From assembly GCA_963841735.1 (NCBI GenBank), contig CAWJDT010000001.1, positions 1,024,001 through 1,088,000 on the forward strand: DNA of 64,000 nt, written 5' to 3'. This document shows, one piece after another, positions 1 to 9,053 of this stretch (within the stretch, counting starts at the first letter, position 1; each line of letters begins with the position of its first letter). The notes beneath the pieces are model-generated. The model made no database searches. It was not told the DNA's origin and saw only the letters and a program-made list of their open reading frames with translations. The DNA comes from an uncultured Actinomycetes bacterium (GTDB taxonomy: Bacteria; Actinomycetota; Thermoleophilia; RBG-16-64-13). The position numbers and the translations under genes are program-made.

Positions 1-687
1 GGACGCTTTGCGTGCAGCATTTAGGCGCTGCAGAGCCCGGCGCTTGTCGTCGACCTCCTTGGTGGCGGCGGCCAAGTTCTCTGCAGTGAGCCTACGCCCG
101 CTTACTTCTTCCAGTTTGGCGACCAGCCGCTCGATCTCGCTCCGCCAAAGAACCCGGTCTTGGGGTCTCTTCATCTGCGGCAGCTCCATCACGTGCACCG
201 GGGCGATCTCGCCCAGCAGCTCATAGGCCTTCTTCTTGCCGTCGCACGTGGTCTCTCCCACAACTAGGTCGGACGCTTCGGCGTAGGGGCACACCTTGCC
301 CAGCTTGAAGCCCATGAACGACTTGACCAGCGCGCAGGTGTTCTGAGGCAGGATGCGCTCCACCTCTCCATAGGCCCACTCCGCTCCCGCACAGAGTCCC
401 ACGCACTGGCCGCCGAGCGCGCGGATGAGTTCTTCGGGCACGTAGAGGCAGAACGTCCCGATGACGGTGCCGCCGGCCGCCTTGTGGTCCACCAGCTCCT
501 TGATCCGTAGGCCGTGGATCTCGCTCATTACGAAATCGAAGTAGCCCATGCCTTCAGGGCGGCTGGTCTGGGCCATGAAGGCATCGTTATATAGGATGGG
601 TATCGCGGCGAGCAGGGCGTCATGCGCGGGCAGGTCGAGTCCCAGGGACTCCCACATGGGGCGGTAGTCGGTAGCAGGCTGATTCAC
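1..687 (-). CDS. 2-hydroxyacyl-CoA dehydratase subunit D family / double-cubane cluster-containing anaerobic reductase (3' end outside window)
   Basis: Not in the ORF track. Manual translation from GTG 687 (AAGGAG upstream): MNQPATDYRPMWESLGLDL...YFDFVMSEIHGLRIKEL...GTFCLYVPEE...GLCAG...NTCALVKS...CPY...GETTCDGKKK. Confidence 0.85.
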   Translation of the reverse strand, partial: MNQPATDYRPMWESLGLDLPAHDALLAAIPILYNDAFMAQTSRPEGMGYFDFVMSEIHGLRIKELVDHKAAGGTVIGTFCLYVPEELIRALGGQCVGLCAGAEWAYGEVERILPQNTCALVKSFMGFKLGKVCPYAEASDLVVGETTCDGKKKAYELLGEIAPVHVMELPQMKRPQDRVLWRSEIERLVAKLEEVSGRRLTAENLAAATKEVDDKRRALQRLNAARKAS

Positions 688-904
688 GGTCTCTCCTTCT
701 GGTCGGTCGGCTGCCGGCGGACATTTCACCCTGCCGGGCCTCGAGGGAGAAGAAGGCGCAGTACCTATCCACTCACCGGGAAGGCCGCGGCATGGTCGCC
801 GGCGACATGCCTGATGTGACATCGATGCTCAACGGTCAAAGGCTTCGTGCAGCCCGTGCACGCGGGAGCCTTCGGTCAGGTCTTGGTCTTGGCGATCATG
901 CTGC

Positions 905-1507
905 TCACCTCCCTTCGGTCGGGAAGCAGGAGTCCACCAGTTTGCGCACCTCGGTCAGCCAGGTCGCGCGCTGCTGCGGCGTGCTAGTCACCACCACCGT
1001 GAAGGTCAGCCGGCGCACATCATCCACTCCGCATAGCCCAAACACACATCGTTTCCAAATGGACTCAAGCGGATCCCCCAAAGCCGTGGCCTCTCGCTCT
1101 GCGGAAGTGTTGGCGGTGTTGAGCACGATGGCGGTCTTCGCTACGAGCAGGCCTACCGGCACGCCCTCGCCGCCGTCGCCCTCGAGGAAGTTGTAGGCCA
1201 CGCCCGGTCGCAGTACGCGGTCCACCCAGCCTGTGAGAATGGCGGGGGGTTGGCCCCACCAGTTGGGGTGCACGATGACGATGCCGTCGGCCGCGGCGAT
1301 CTCCCGACAGTGTTGAGCAATCTGCGGCGGCAGTTCGGCGCTGGCCGAGATCTCCCCGCTCGGCAGAAGGGGACCAAAGCCCTCCCCATACAGGTCGTGG
1401 AAGGTCACTTGGTGGCTGTTCACTCGTAGCTGGTCCGCGGCCGCCTCGGCAATCGCGTGGTTGAGGCTCCCCGGGGCAGGGTGAGCGAGGATGACCGAGA
1501 TCTTCAT
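905..1507 (-). CDS. Flavodoxin-fold NAD(P)H dehydrogenase (quinone), MdaB/KefF-like
   Basis: VILAHP..GSLN, HDLY, PNWWGQPPAILTGWVDRV motifs. Confidence 0.9.
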   Translation of the reverse strand: MKISVILAHPAPGSLNHAIAEAAADQLRVNSHQVTFHDLYGEGFGPLLPSGEISASAELPPQIAQHCREIAAADGIVIVHPNWWGQPPAILTGWVDRVLRPGVAYNFLEGDGGEGVPVGLLVAKTAIVLNTANTSAEREATALGDPLESIWKRCVFGLCGVDDVRRLTFTVVVTSTPQQRATWLTEVRKLVDSCFPTEGR

Positions 1508-1640
1508 GACACCAAGCATGCCACATTCCTGTACAGAGCGCGGAGTGTTGAAGCAGAGGCGCACGGAGTCGACACGACTGCGCCTATGCTTCTATGATGG
1601 ATGCAGAGGTCCGCGGGACCGGAATCCGAGGAGGGGCGCA

Positions 1641-2195
1641 GTGGGTGAAGCAGTAGTTCAGATAGTGGTGGGACTCATAGAGGTGCTCTTCGGCAGGCGG
1701 CTCTTCTGGGTGTTCGTGGCCGCTGGGGGCTTCTTGTTTGGCTGGTTTGTGGTGCCCGCCATCTACGCGGACATGCCGACGTGGGCCCGCGTGGTGATCG
1801 GAGTGGGGCTGGGTCTCGTTCTCGCGGGGTTGGCCAAGCTCTTCACCAGGGCGATAGTGGCGTTGGGGGGCTTCTTGATCGTGGGACCCGCGGCGGTGAT
1901 CGCCGTTGACCGGCTAGGTTGGTCGGTGGTGCAGGGGAGCAGGGGCTACTGGATCATTTTCGCCATCGGTGGGGTGATCGGGGCGGCGCTCCTTGGCATG
2001 TTCTTCAACTGGGCGCTGATAGTGCTGAGCGCCCTTTTTGGGGCGGGAGCTACGGTGGCCGGCATTGAGTACTTTACGGACACGCTGCCCAAGTGGGCAG
2101 AGATCGTCGGGGGCGTAGTGCTTCTGGTCATCGGCTTGATGGTCCAGTCCAGGAGCTTACTCAAGCACAAGAGCAAGCTCATCGGCCTGCACTGA
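1641..2195 (+). CDS. DUF4203-like multi-pass membrane protein
   Basis: GTG after GAGGAG; LFGRRLFW..AAGGFLFG; about 6 hydrophobic segments. Confidence 0.75.
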   Translation: MGEAVVQIVVGLIEVLFGRRLFWVFVAAGGFLFGWFVVPAIYADMPTWARVVIGVGLGLVLAGLAKLFTRAIVALGGFLIVGPAAVIAVDRLGWSVVQGSRGYWIIFAIGGVIGAALLGMFFNWALIVLSALFGAGATVAGIEYFTDTLPKWAEIVGGVVLLVIGLMVQSRSLLKHKSKLIGLH

Positions 2196-2354
2196 TCCGC
2201 GAGCCGGCACCCAGGGCCAGCGCCCTGTCGACGGGCCGCTGGCCCGCGGCGCACCGATCGGCGGGTGACTGCTTAGCCCGGAGATGGGGAACCATGCATT
2301 TGGCCGCACTGTCGGAAGCCTGCATAAACACCGAGATCCGTCGGGAGGGGCAAC

Positions 2355-3842
2355 GTGCCCAGTAATGACTCGTACGTTCGTCGCTTCGCCCGCGCCATCT
2401 CCTCGGCGGTCATTCCCGGCACGGGCCAGTTGGTCGGCGGCGCGCGCAGGCGAGGCTTCGTCATGCTGGCGGTGGTGCTGGCCTTGGCGATCTGTGCGGG
2501 GGTGTTTGCTCTGCAGGGAGTGGACCAGATCGTTGTGTGGACGCTTGAGCCCTCGGTGCTGCTGGCTCTACTCGCGGTGGATGCCGTCGTGCTTGCCTTC
2601 CGGATTTACGCTGTGGTCGATGCTTTCCGGGAGCGCCCCGCCCACCGGCAGGCTGATGCTGGCCGTTCGCCGGCTCTGCGGGCCTTCTTCGCGGGCGCTG
2701 GTCTGGGGCTCCTCCTGCTATTTACCGTCGCGCCCCACGCCGTGGGCGGCTATTACGCCTACGTGGATTACGACCTCCTGACCACCGTATTCGTGAGCAA
2801 CAGCGACTCCCAAGCCACGACCACGTCGCTTCCTCTTACCACCACCAGCTCGTCGGCCGCCGGCACCTCGACTTCGTCCGGTTCGACCACGAGCATCGCG
2901 GCGACCACTACGACCACCAGCGCCCCCGTCGACGCCGGCGATGACGAGCGCCTGACCATCATGTTCATCGGCACCGACGCCGGATACGGGCGCAGCGGGG
3001 CGCGGGCCGACGTCATCATGGTGGCCAGCTTCGACCTCAACACAGGCCGCGTGGCCCTGTTCGGCATTCCCCGCAACACAGGCAGCATAGAGCTGAGCGA
3101 GCCTGCCGCGCAGGCGCTTGGCATGGACGTCTATCTCAATCTCATCAGCTCGCTCTACTTCGATGCGAACCAGCACCCCGAACTGGATGTCACAGGAGGT
3201 GACGCCGGGGCCATCGTGTTGCGCGACGCCATCGGCAAGATCCTCGGTATCCCAGTGGACCACTACGCTGTGGTCAACATGGGTGGGCTCGTGGATCTCA
3301 TTGAGGCTTTCGACGGGGTCACGGTCAACGTGGAAGAAAGACTGTGGGTGCGGTTGTCGCCCCCGACGGGCGAATACGAGTGGCAGGTGTATGACATTCA
3401 GCCAGGCGTTCAGCATCTCAACGGCTTGGAGGCTCTGGCCTTTGCCCGTTCGCGCACTGGGAGCGACGACTACGTGCGCATGGGCAGGCAACGCTGTGTC
3501 ATCGCGGCCTTGCTCGACCAGAACGGCATGGGCGAGATAGCCTGGAAATTCCCGACGATCGCTCAGGTGATCAAGGACAGTGTCAAGACCGACATCCCCA
3601 TCGACGCGCTCCAGAGCCTGGTCGCGATCCGGTCGAAGCTCAAGACCGACGAGATGATCACGGTGGGATTCACCCCGCCCCACTACATCACGGGCCGCAA
3701 CTCCATGGGCTACAACATCCTCGATCTCGAACTGGTGCAGTCGATGGTCAAACAGATCATCGAGGACCCCGAGGGAGTGCTGGCCACCATGGAGCCCGAC
3801 TCCAGCCTGGACACCACCGACTGTTGGAAGATCCCCGACTAG
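2355..3842 (+). CDS. LytR-CpsA-Psr (LCP) family cell-wall glycopolymer ligase
   Basis: N-terminal TMs, Thr/Ser linker, GTD..RADVIMV, IPRN, ALAFARSR..DDY.RMGRQ. Confidence 0.9.
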   Translation: MPSNDSYVRRFARAISSAVIPGTGQLVGGARRRGFVMLAVVLALAICAGVFALQGVDQIVVWTLEPSVLLALLAVDAVVLAFRIYAVVDAFRERPAHRQADAGRSPALRAFFAGAGLGLLLLFTVAPHAVGGYYAYVDYDLLTTVFVSNSDSQATTTSLPLTTTSSSAAGTSTSSGSTTSIAATTTTTSAPVDAGDDERLTIMFIGTDAGYGRSGARADVIMVASFDLNTGRVALFGIPRNTGSIELSEPAAQALGMDVYLNLISSLYFDANQHPELDVTGGDAGAIVLRDAIGKILGIPVDHYAVVNMGGLVDLIEAFDGVTVNVEERLWVRLSPPTGEYEWQVYDIQPGVQHLNGLEALAFARSRTGSDDYVRMGRQRCVIAALLDQNGMGEIAWKFPTIAQVIKDSVKTDIPIDALQSLVAIRSKLKTDEMITVGFTPPHYITGRNSMGYNILDLELVQSMVKQIIEDPEGVLATMEPDSSLDTTDCWKIPD

Positions 3843-4076
3843 TCTGACCCGCCGCCGCCGCCGCCGCGGTTGCTGCGCTGCTCGTCGTCGACTCAGCACT
3901 TGTGCTGGCGGTTGCGCCTGTGAGAAAGTCATATCGCGTTCTTTCCAAGACGCGTCGTTGCCTGCGAATGCCATTGGTCAGACCTGCGGCGTCCTGGGAC
4001 CGCGCATCACTGAGATGAAGAAGTAGACTTGCGCCGGGGCGACAGATTCTAGCGACAGATTCCAGGGAGAGCACCT

Positions 4077-5210
4077 ATGAGCACACAGGATGATCCAAAA
4101 CCCGCGGGTTCCGACAAGCAGGCCCATTTTCAGGACGAGAAGTATCGCCCAGAAGTGCACCCGGACGGGAGGGTCACATTTCGGCTTGTAGCGCCTCTGG
4201 CGCAGAAAGTGCAGATCGAGCCGATCAATGGCATGCCCTCAGACAACGGCTACAACGGTCTGGGCAGAGCTGCCTTTGACATGAGCAAAGACGAGAACGG
4301 TGCGTGGAGCGTGACGACGCCACCGGCTGTTCCGGGATTGCATGGCTTCTGGACGGTAGTAGATGGCGTCCGTCTCAACGACACCACCTCGAAGACCTGC
4401 GGCAGCGCCAAGATGCAGACCTGCGCAGTCGAGATCCCGGAGGCAGGGGTCGATTTCTACGACATCAAGGACGTGCCCCACGGCTGCGTGCGCATGCAGT
4501 GGTACTACTCCAAGGTAGGCAACGCATGGCGCCGGGCCTACATCTATCTGCCGCCGGACTACGACACTAGCCCCGAGAAGCGCTACCCGGTGTTCATCCT
4601 TCGGCACGGCGGCGGCGAAGACGAGACCAGCTGGGTCGAGCAGGGTCGGGCCAATGTCATCATGGACAACCTGATTGCCGAAGGCAAAGCTCTGCCGATG
4701 ATCGTTGTCATGGACTGGGGCCAAGTCCCGTTGCCCGATGCGCCCGTTCACATGCCTTCCACACCGCCTCCGCCGGAAATCGGTGAAGTGACCATCAAAG
4801 AGCTGATTCCCATGGTCGATGCCACCTTCCGCACCATCCCCGAACGCGAGTACCGCGCGATGGCCGGACTCTCCATGGGCAGCGTGCAGACGCTGTATAT
4901 CGGCCTAGCCAACCTGGACAAGTTCGCCTACCTGGGCGTCTTTAGCCGGCGGACCATGTCACCTGAGGAGTTTGGCAATTTCAGCGGGGTGTTCGCCGAT
5001 GCGGAGGCCTTCAACAAGAAGGTCAAGCTCTTCTGGTGGGGCGCGGGCACCGCCGAAGAAGGCATCTACAACTCAACAAAGCGGAACCTCGCCGAATTGG
5101 CCGCGGCCGGCATAAAGACGGTCTTTGCCGAGTTTCCCGGCACGTCTCACGAATGGCAGACCTGGCGCAAATGCCTGTATAGCTTTGCACCCAGGCTCTT
5201 CCAGGACTGA
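4077..5210 (+). CDS. Esterase (Fes/CE1-like alpha/beta hydrolase) with N-terminal E-set domain
   Basis: YLPPDY, HGGGEDE, RAMAGLSMG nucleophile, GTSHEWQTWR; no signal peptide. Confidence 0.88.
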   Translation: MSTQDDPKPAGSDKQAHFQDEKYRPEVHPDGRVTFRLVAPLAQKVQIEPINGMPSDNGYNGLGRAAFDMSKDENGAWSVTTPPAVPGLHGFWTVVDGVRLNDTTSKTCGSAKMQTCAVEIPEAGVDFYDIKDVPHGCVRMQWYYSKVGNAWRRAYIYLPPDYDTSPEKRYPVFILRHGGGEDETSWVEQGRANVIMDNLIAEGKALPMIVVMDWGQVPLPDAPVHMPSTPPPPEIGEVTIKELIPMVDATFRTIPEREYRAMAGLSMGSVQTLYIGLANLDKFAYLGVFSRRTMSPEEFGNFSGVFADAEAFNKKVKLFWWGAGTAEEGIYNSTKRNLAELAAAGIKTVFAEFPGTSHEWQTWRKCLYSFAPRLFQD

Positions 5211-5299
5211 CGCCCGGACGGACGTGGCGCGGCTCCGGACCGCATAGGCGAAGGGTGCCGGCAGATGCGCAAAGGCTTAAGTCAACCGGGCGGGGAGTA

Positions 5300-6409
5300 G
5301 TGCACGAAGCCGCACAATCTGAGCGCGTTGAGTACCTTGATGTACTTAGAGCGCTTTCGATGCTGTCGGTGGTCTTTCTGCACAACGCTTCAGGCAATCT
5401 CAGGACCAACACCGGGTCTACCGTGTGGCATCTGTCCAACATCCTCACTTCGTTTATGGGGGCAAGCGTTCCGCTCTTCTTCATGATATCTGGCGCGTTG
5501 TTGCTGGGCAGCCCCAAGACGCTTGACCTTGGCTACACGCTGAAGAAGAGAGTGCCCAGAGTCTTGGTGCCCTTTGTTGTCTGGTCGCTGATATATGTCG
5601 CTTACTACCTGGCCGTGAGCTGGACGAGCGATGGCGCCGCCGATCTATCTGACGCCGTTGTCAGGGTCAAGAACTTTGCGTCCCGGCCTACCGCGGTGCA
5701 CCTGTGGTTCATGTATGCGCTGATCCCCCTGTATTTCTTGTCTCCCCTGATAAAGAGGATGACGGATGCTCTTGACCGCCGGCTGGTTGTCTACCTGGCC
5801 GTCATCTGGGTGTTCTTCTCCTCTTTGTTGCCCACGCTGGCGGTGTTCCTGCCCGGGGCCTACCGTCCCGCGGTCGTGCTTGGCAGCTCGTACAACCTGA
5901 TCTTCCTGGGGGGCTTTGCGGGGTACTTCATCTTCGGCCACTACTTGGCGAAGGCCACCTGGCGAGTTCCCAAGAAGGTGTTGGCCGGGGTGATACTCGC
6001 GGATGCGGCCGTCATCACCCTGGGCACTTGGTGGACGACCTACTCGACAGGCTACTACACAGAAGCGTACAAGGATTACATGGGGGTGTTCGTGCTTGTG
6101 CTGACAGTAGCCGTCTTCCTCTTGTGCAAGGATCTGATGGCCGGTCGCATGTTGGGAAGAAAGGCCGGAGCGGTGCTCCGATTCATGGCGCCGTTGTTGT
6201 TCGGCGTATACCTGATGCACATCCTGGTCATCGAAAGGCTGTCAAGGAGCCTCCGTTGGTGGCCGGCAGAATCGGTGTGGATGGTGTTCGCCAGTTTCAC
6301 CATCGTTCTTGGCATATGCCTGCTGTGCGTATCTGTGATCCGCTTCATCAAGCCGCTCTGCTATGCGCTCACAGGGCAGAGATATGAGGGCCGGGGCAGG
6401 GGGCGATGA
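5300..6409 (+). CDS. Acyltransferase-3 family O-acyltransferase (WecH/YiaH-like), copy 1
   Basis: YLDVLR...VVFLH, VPLFFMISGALLL, HLWFMY, FGVYLMH. Confidence 0.9.
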   Translation: MHEAAQSERVEYLDVLRALSMLSVVFLHNASGNLRTNTGSTVWHLSNILTSFMGASVPLFFMISGALLLGSPKTLDLGYTLKKRVPRVLVPFVVWSLIYVAYYLAVSWTSDGAADLSDAVVRVKNFASRPTAVHLWFMYALIPLYFLSPLIKRMTDALDRRLVVYLAVIWVFFSSLLPTLAVFLPGAYRPAVVLGSSYNLIFLGGFAGYFIFGHYLAKATWRVPKKVLAGVILADAAVITLGTWWTTYSTGYYTEAYKDYMGVFVLVLTVAVFLLCKDLMAGRMLGRKAGAVLRFMAPLLFGVYLMHILVIERLSRSLRWWPAESVWMVFASFTIVLGICLLCVSVIRFIKPLCYALTGQRYEGRGRGR

Positions 6410-6469
6410 GGCAAATCCGGCACGCGTGCGGGGACCTTGGACAAGAAGGTGAGACTCTTCTGCCGGGGC

Positions 6470-8362
6470 TCAGGCCCCCTGGCTCGGGCGGAACTGGGTC
6501 TCGTAGAGTTCCGAATACAGACCCCCTGTATCGATCAACTCCTGGTGCCGGCCACGTTCCACGATGCGGCCCTCGGCGATGACCAGTATCTGGTCGGCGT
6601 CCATGACCGTCGAAAGCCGGTGGGCGATTACGAGAGACGTGCGCCCAGCCAGGGCGGTCTTAAGGGCCCCCTGCAGGGCGGCCTCCGATTCTGAGTCCAG
6701 ATGCGCGGTGGCCTCGTCCAGCACGACCACGTCCGGCGCCTTGAGTAGCAGGCGGGCGATGGCCATGCGCTGTTTCTCCCCGCCGGAAAGCCGGTAGCCG
6801 CGATCTCCCACGATGGTGCTCAGGCCGTCGGACAGGGTTTCGACGAAGGGCAGTATCTGGGCGGCGGCCAGGGCCTCCCACAGTTCCTCGTCGGTGGCGC
6901 CTGGTTTGGCATAGAGGAGGTTGGCGCGGATGCTGTCGTGGAACATGTGGGCATCCTGGGTCACCACGCCGACCACGGCGTGCAGCGATTCAGAGGTCGC
7001 GTCGCGGACATCCACGCCGGAGATACGCACGGTGCCCTCACGCACGTCGTATAGACGGGGCACGAGCTGGCTGATGGTGGTCTTGCCGGCGCCCGATGGG
7101 CCCACCAGGGCGATCAACTGCCCGGGCTCGGCCCTGAAAGAGACATCGGAGAGCACACCCTTGCCGGCATTCACATGGCTGCGCACGGCCACCGATTCCA
7201 GTGAGGCCAGGGAGACCTCCTCAGCGGTCGGGTAGCTGAAGGACACATGTTCGAACTCGATGGCGGCAGGCCCGCGAGGAATGGCCACAGCAGAGGATTT
7301 TTCGGCCACCGAGGGTTTGAGGTCCAACACCTCGAAGACACGCTCGAAAGAGACAAGAGCGGTCATGATGGTCGCATGCACGTTCGAGAGACCTGTAAGC
7401 GGCCCATACAGCCGGCCAAGGTAGGCGGTGAGGGCGACGAGCGTTCCCACGTCCAGTGCTCCGTTGATGGTGAGCACTCCGCCCCATCCGTAGACCAGGG
7501 CCGTGGCCAGAGACGCGGTGAGCATTAAAGAGATGAAGAAGATCCGCGAGTACATCATCTGAGTCACGCCTATGTCGCGCACTCGGCTGGCTTTGGCGGA
7601 GAAGTCGTCAGCCTCTTCGGACGGTCTGCCGAAGAGTTTCACCAGCAACGCCCCCGCTACGTTGAAGCGCTCGACCATGATGGTGTTCATGTCTGCGCTC
7701 AGGTTGTATTTCTCGCGCACGATGCGCTGAAGGCGACGCCCCAGCCGGCGCGCGGGCAGAACGAACAAGGGGAGGAGAACGAGCGCGAGCAGCGTGAGTT
7801 TCCAAGAGAGCACGAACATGGCCGACAAGACCAGGGTGACGCTGATGAGATTGCCTACCACCGTTGAAAGGACGTCGGTGAACGCCTGCTGAGCCCCGGT
7901 AACGTCGTTGTTCAGGCGACTCACCAGTGATCCTGTTTGCGCGCGGGTGAAGAAGGCAATGGGCATGCGCTGTACGTGGGCGAAGATCTTCGTCCGGAGG
8001 TCGCAGACCAGGCCCTCTCCCACCTTGGCCCCCACGTAGCGCTCAGCGAGAGTACAGATGGCGTCTAGGATGGCGAGGCCGGCCACCAGCACCGCGAGCG
8101 AGATGACCAGGCCCGCTCGGTTCCCGATGATACCGCGGTTGATGATCTCCTTGTATATGAGGGGGTTGGCTGCACCGATGACCCCGGTCACTGTCACCAG
8201 GCCGAGAAAGAGCAGAAGCAGTCGCTTGTAGGGCGCGGCAAAACGGAAGATGCGCCTGGTCGTCCCGCGGGCTACCTTCAGGCCCCGGACGTCCTCGCCT
8301 CCACGTATCACACGCCCGAGCGGTCCTCCCCCCCCGCCATCGCCCCCGCCCCCGCCCCGCAT
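6470..8362 (-). CDS. ABC exporter, fused permease + ATP-binding protein
   Basis: TM domain, GPSGAGKT, LSGGEKQR, LDEATAHLD. Confidence 0.95.
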   Translation of the reverse strand: MRGGGGGDGGGGGPLGRVIRGGEDVRGLKVARGTTRRIFRFAAPYKRLLLLFLGLVTVTGVIGAANPLIYKEIINRGIIGNRAGLVISLAVLVAGLAILDAICTLAERYVGAKVGEGLVCDLRTKIFAHVQRMPIAFFTRAQTGSLVSRLNNDVTGAQQAFTDVLSTVVGNLISVTLVLSAMFVLSWKLTLLALVLLPLFVLPARRLGRRLQRIVREKYNLSADMNTIMVERFNVAGALLVKLFGRPSEEADDFSAKASRVRDIGVTQMMYSRIFFISLMLTASLATALVYGWGGVLTINGALDVGTLVALTAYLGRLYGPLTGLSNVHATIMTALVSFERVFEVLDLKPSVAEKSSAVAIPRGPAAIEFEHVSFSYPTAEEVSLASLESVAVRSHVNAGKGVLSDVSFRAEPGQLIALVGPSGAGKTTISQLVPRLYDVREGTVRISGVDVRDATSESLHAVVGVVTQDAHMFHDSIRANLLYAKPGATDEELWEALAAAQILPFVETLSDGLSTIVGDRGYRLSGGEKQRMAIARLLLKAPDVVVLDEATAHLDSESEAALQGALKTALAGRTSLVIAHRLSTVMDADQILVIAEGRIVERGRHQELIDTGGLYSELYETQFRPSQGA

Positions 8363-8802
8363 CAGGCCTCCTCGGTGATGGAGCGAAGCAGCCGAACGAG
8401 TTCGGCCCTGTCTGCGGCCGAGAGCGGGGCGAACAGCGCCTCAGCGGCGGCGCTCCGCTCGGCTTTGAAACGCGTGATAAGATCCCGGCCCTTCTGGGTG
8501 GGCGTTACAAGGATGGAACGGCGATCGGTGGGGTCCATGGTCCGGGCGACCAAGCCGTTGTCCTCGAGGCCGTCAACCTTGGTGGTGGCCGAGCGGGGGA
8601 CTATCTCCAGAAGTTCGGCCAGATCGCCGATGCGCATCGTGCCGGCGTCCACCAGAATGCGTAGTGCCCTCGCCTGGGCGTGTGTAAGCCCAAAAGGCTC
8701 CATCTCCCGGCGCCCGTTCTTCTTGAGGCGATGTGAGGCCCGAGCCAGGAGCTCGGCGAGCTCGGCGCGGATGTCTTGCGGGGAATGATGCGTTTCTTTC
8801 AT
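8362..8802 (-). CDS. MarR family transcriptional regulator
   Basis: LTHAQARAL, DPTDRRSILV; stop overlaps the ABC start codon. Confidence 0.92.
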   Translation of the reverse strand: MKETHHSPQDIRAELAELLARASHRLKKNGRREMEPFGLTHAQARALRILVDAGTMRIGDLAELLEIVPRSATTKVDGLEDNGLVARTMDPTDRRSILVTPTQKGRDLITRFKAERSAAAEALFAPLSAADRAELVRLLRSITEEA

Positions 8803-8872
8803 ATGTCTGGGTCCTCTTCGTTTGCGCGCATGTCGAGCGGCTCGTAGATCGAGCGAGTAATGTTCAGCAGTT

Positions 8873-8907
8873 TACGGAGCATAACACATTATGAGGCTAC
8901 CTCCGTA
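8873..8907. promoter_or_regulatory. Nested inverted repeat, candidate MarR operator
   Basis: TACGGAG-CATAA-caca-TTATG-aggctac-CTCCGTA, also GAGG-cta-CCTC, in the AT-rich gap upstream of marR. Confidence 0.4.
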
Positions 8908-9053
8908 TGTGTGTGGGTTCTCCCTATGCGAAGGTCGCGGGTCCTGACCAGTGGATGGGAGCAGTTGGTTAGGGTAAACCCTGCCGACGAGCGGTAACCA
9001 ACAGAGGAGCGTTCTGTCATAGTATCGGGATGGGTCAAGGAAACTGGGGAGCT

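Noticed and set aside
708-738. FMN riboswitch
   Set aside because: Only the GGCAGGGTGAAAT-like hairpin is present; there is no room for the remaining helices before the RBS.
2718-3974. Long antisense or alternate-frame ORFs (also 14807-15919, 17747-18946, 34791-35903, 49984-50901)
   Set aside because: Shadow ORFs expected in high-GC coding DNA; they overlap well-supported genes and have no motifs.
3849-4062. (CCG)n run and GCGACAGATTC direct repeat upstream of the esterase
   Set aside because: Short and low-complexity; cannot be distinguished from slippage products.
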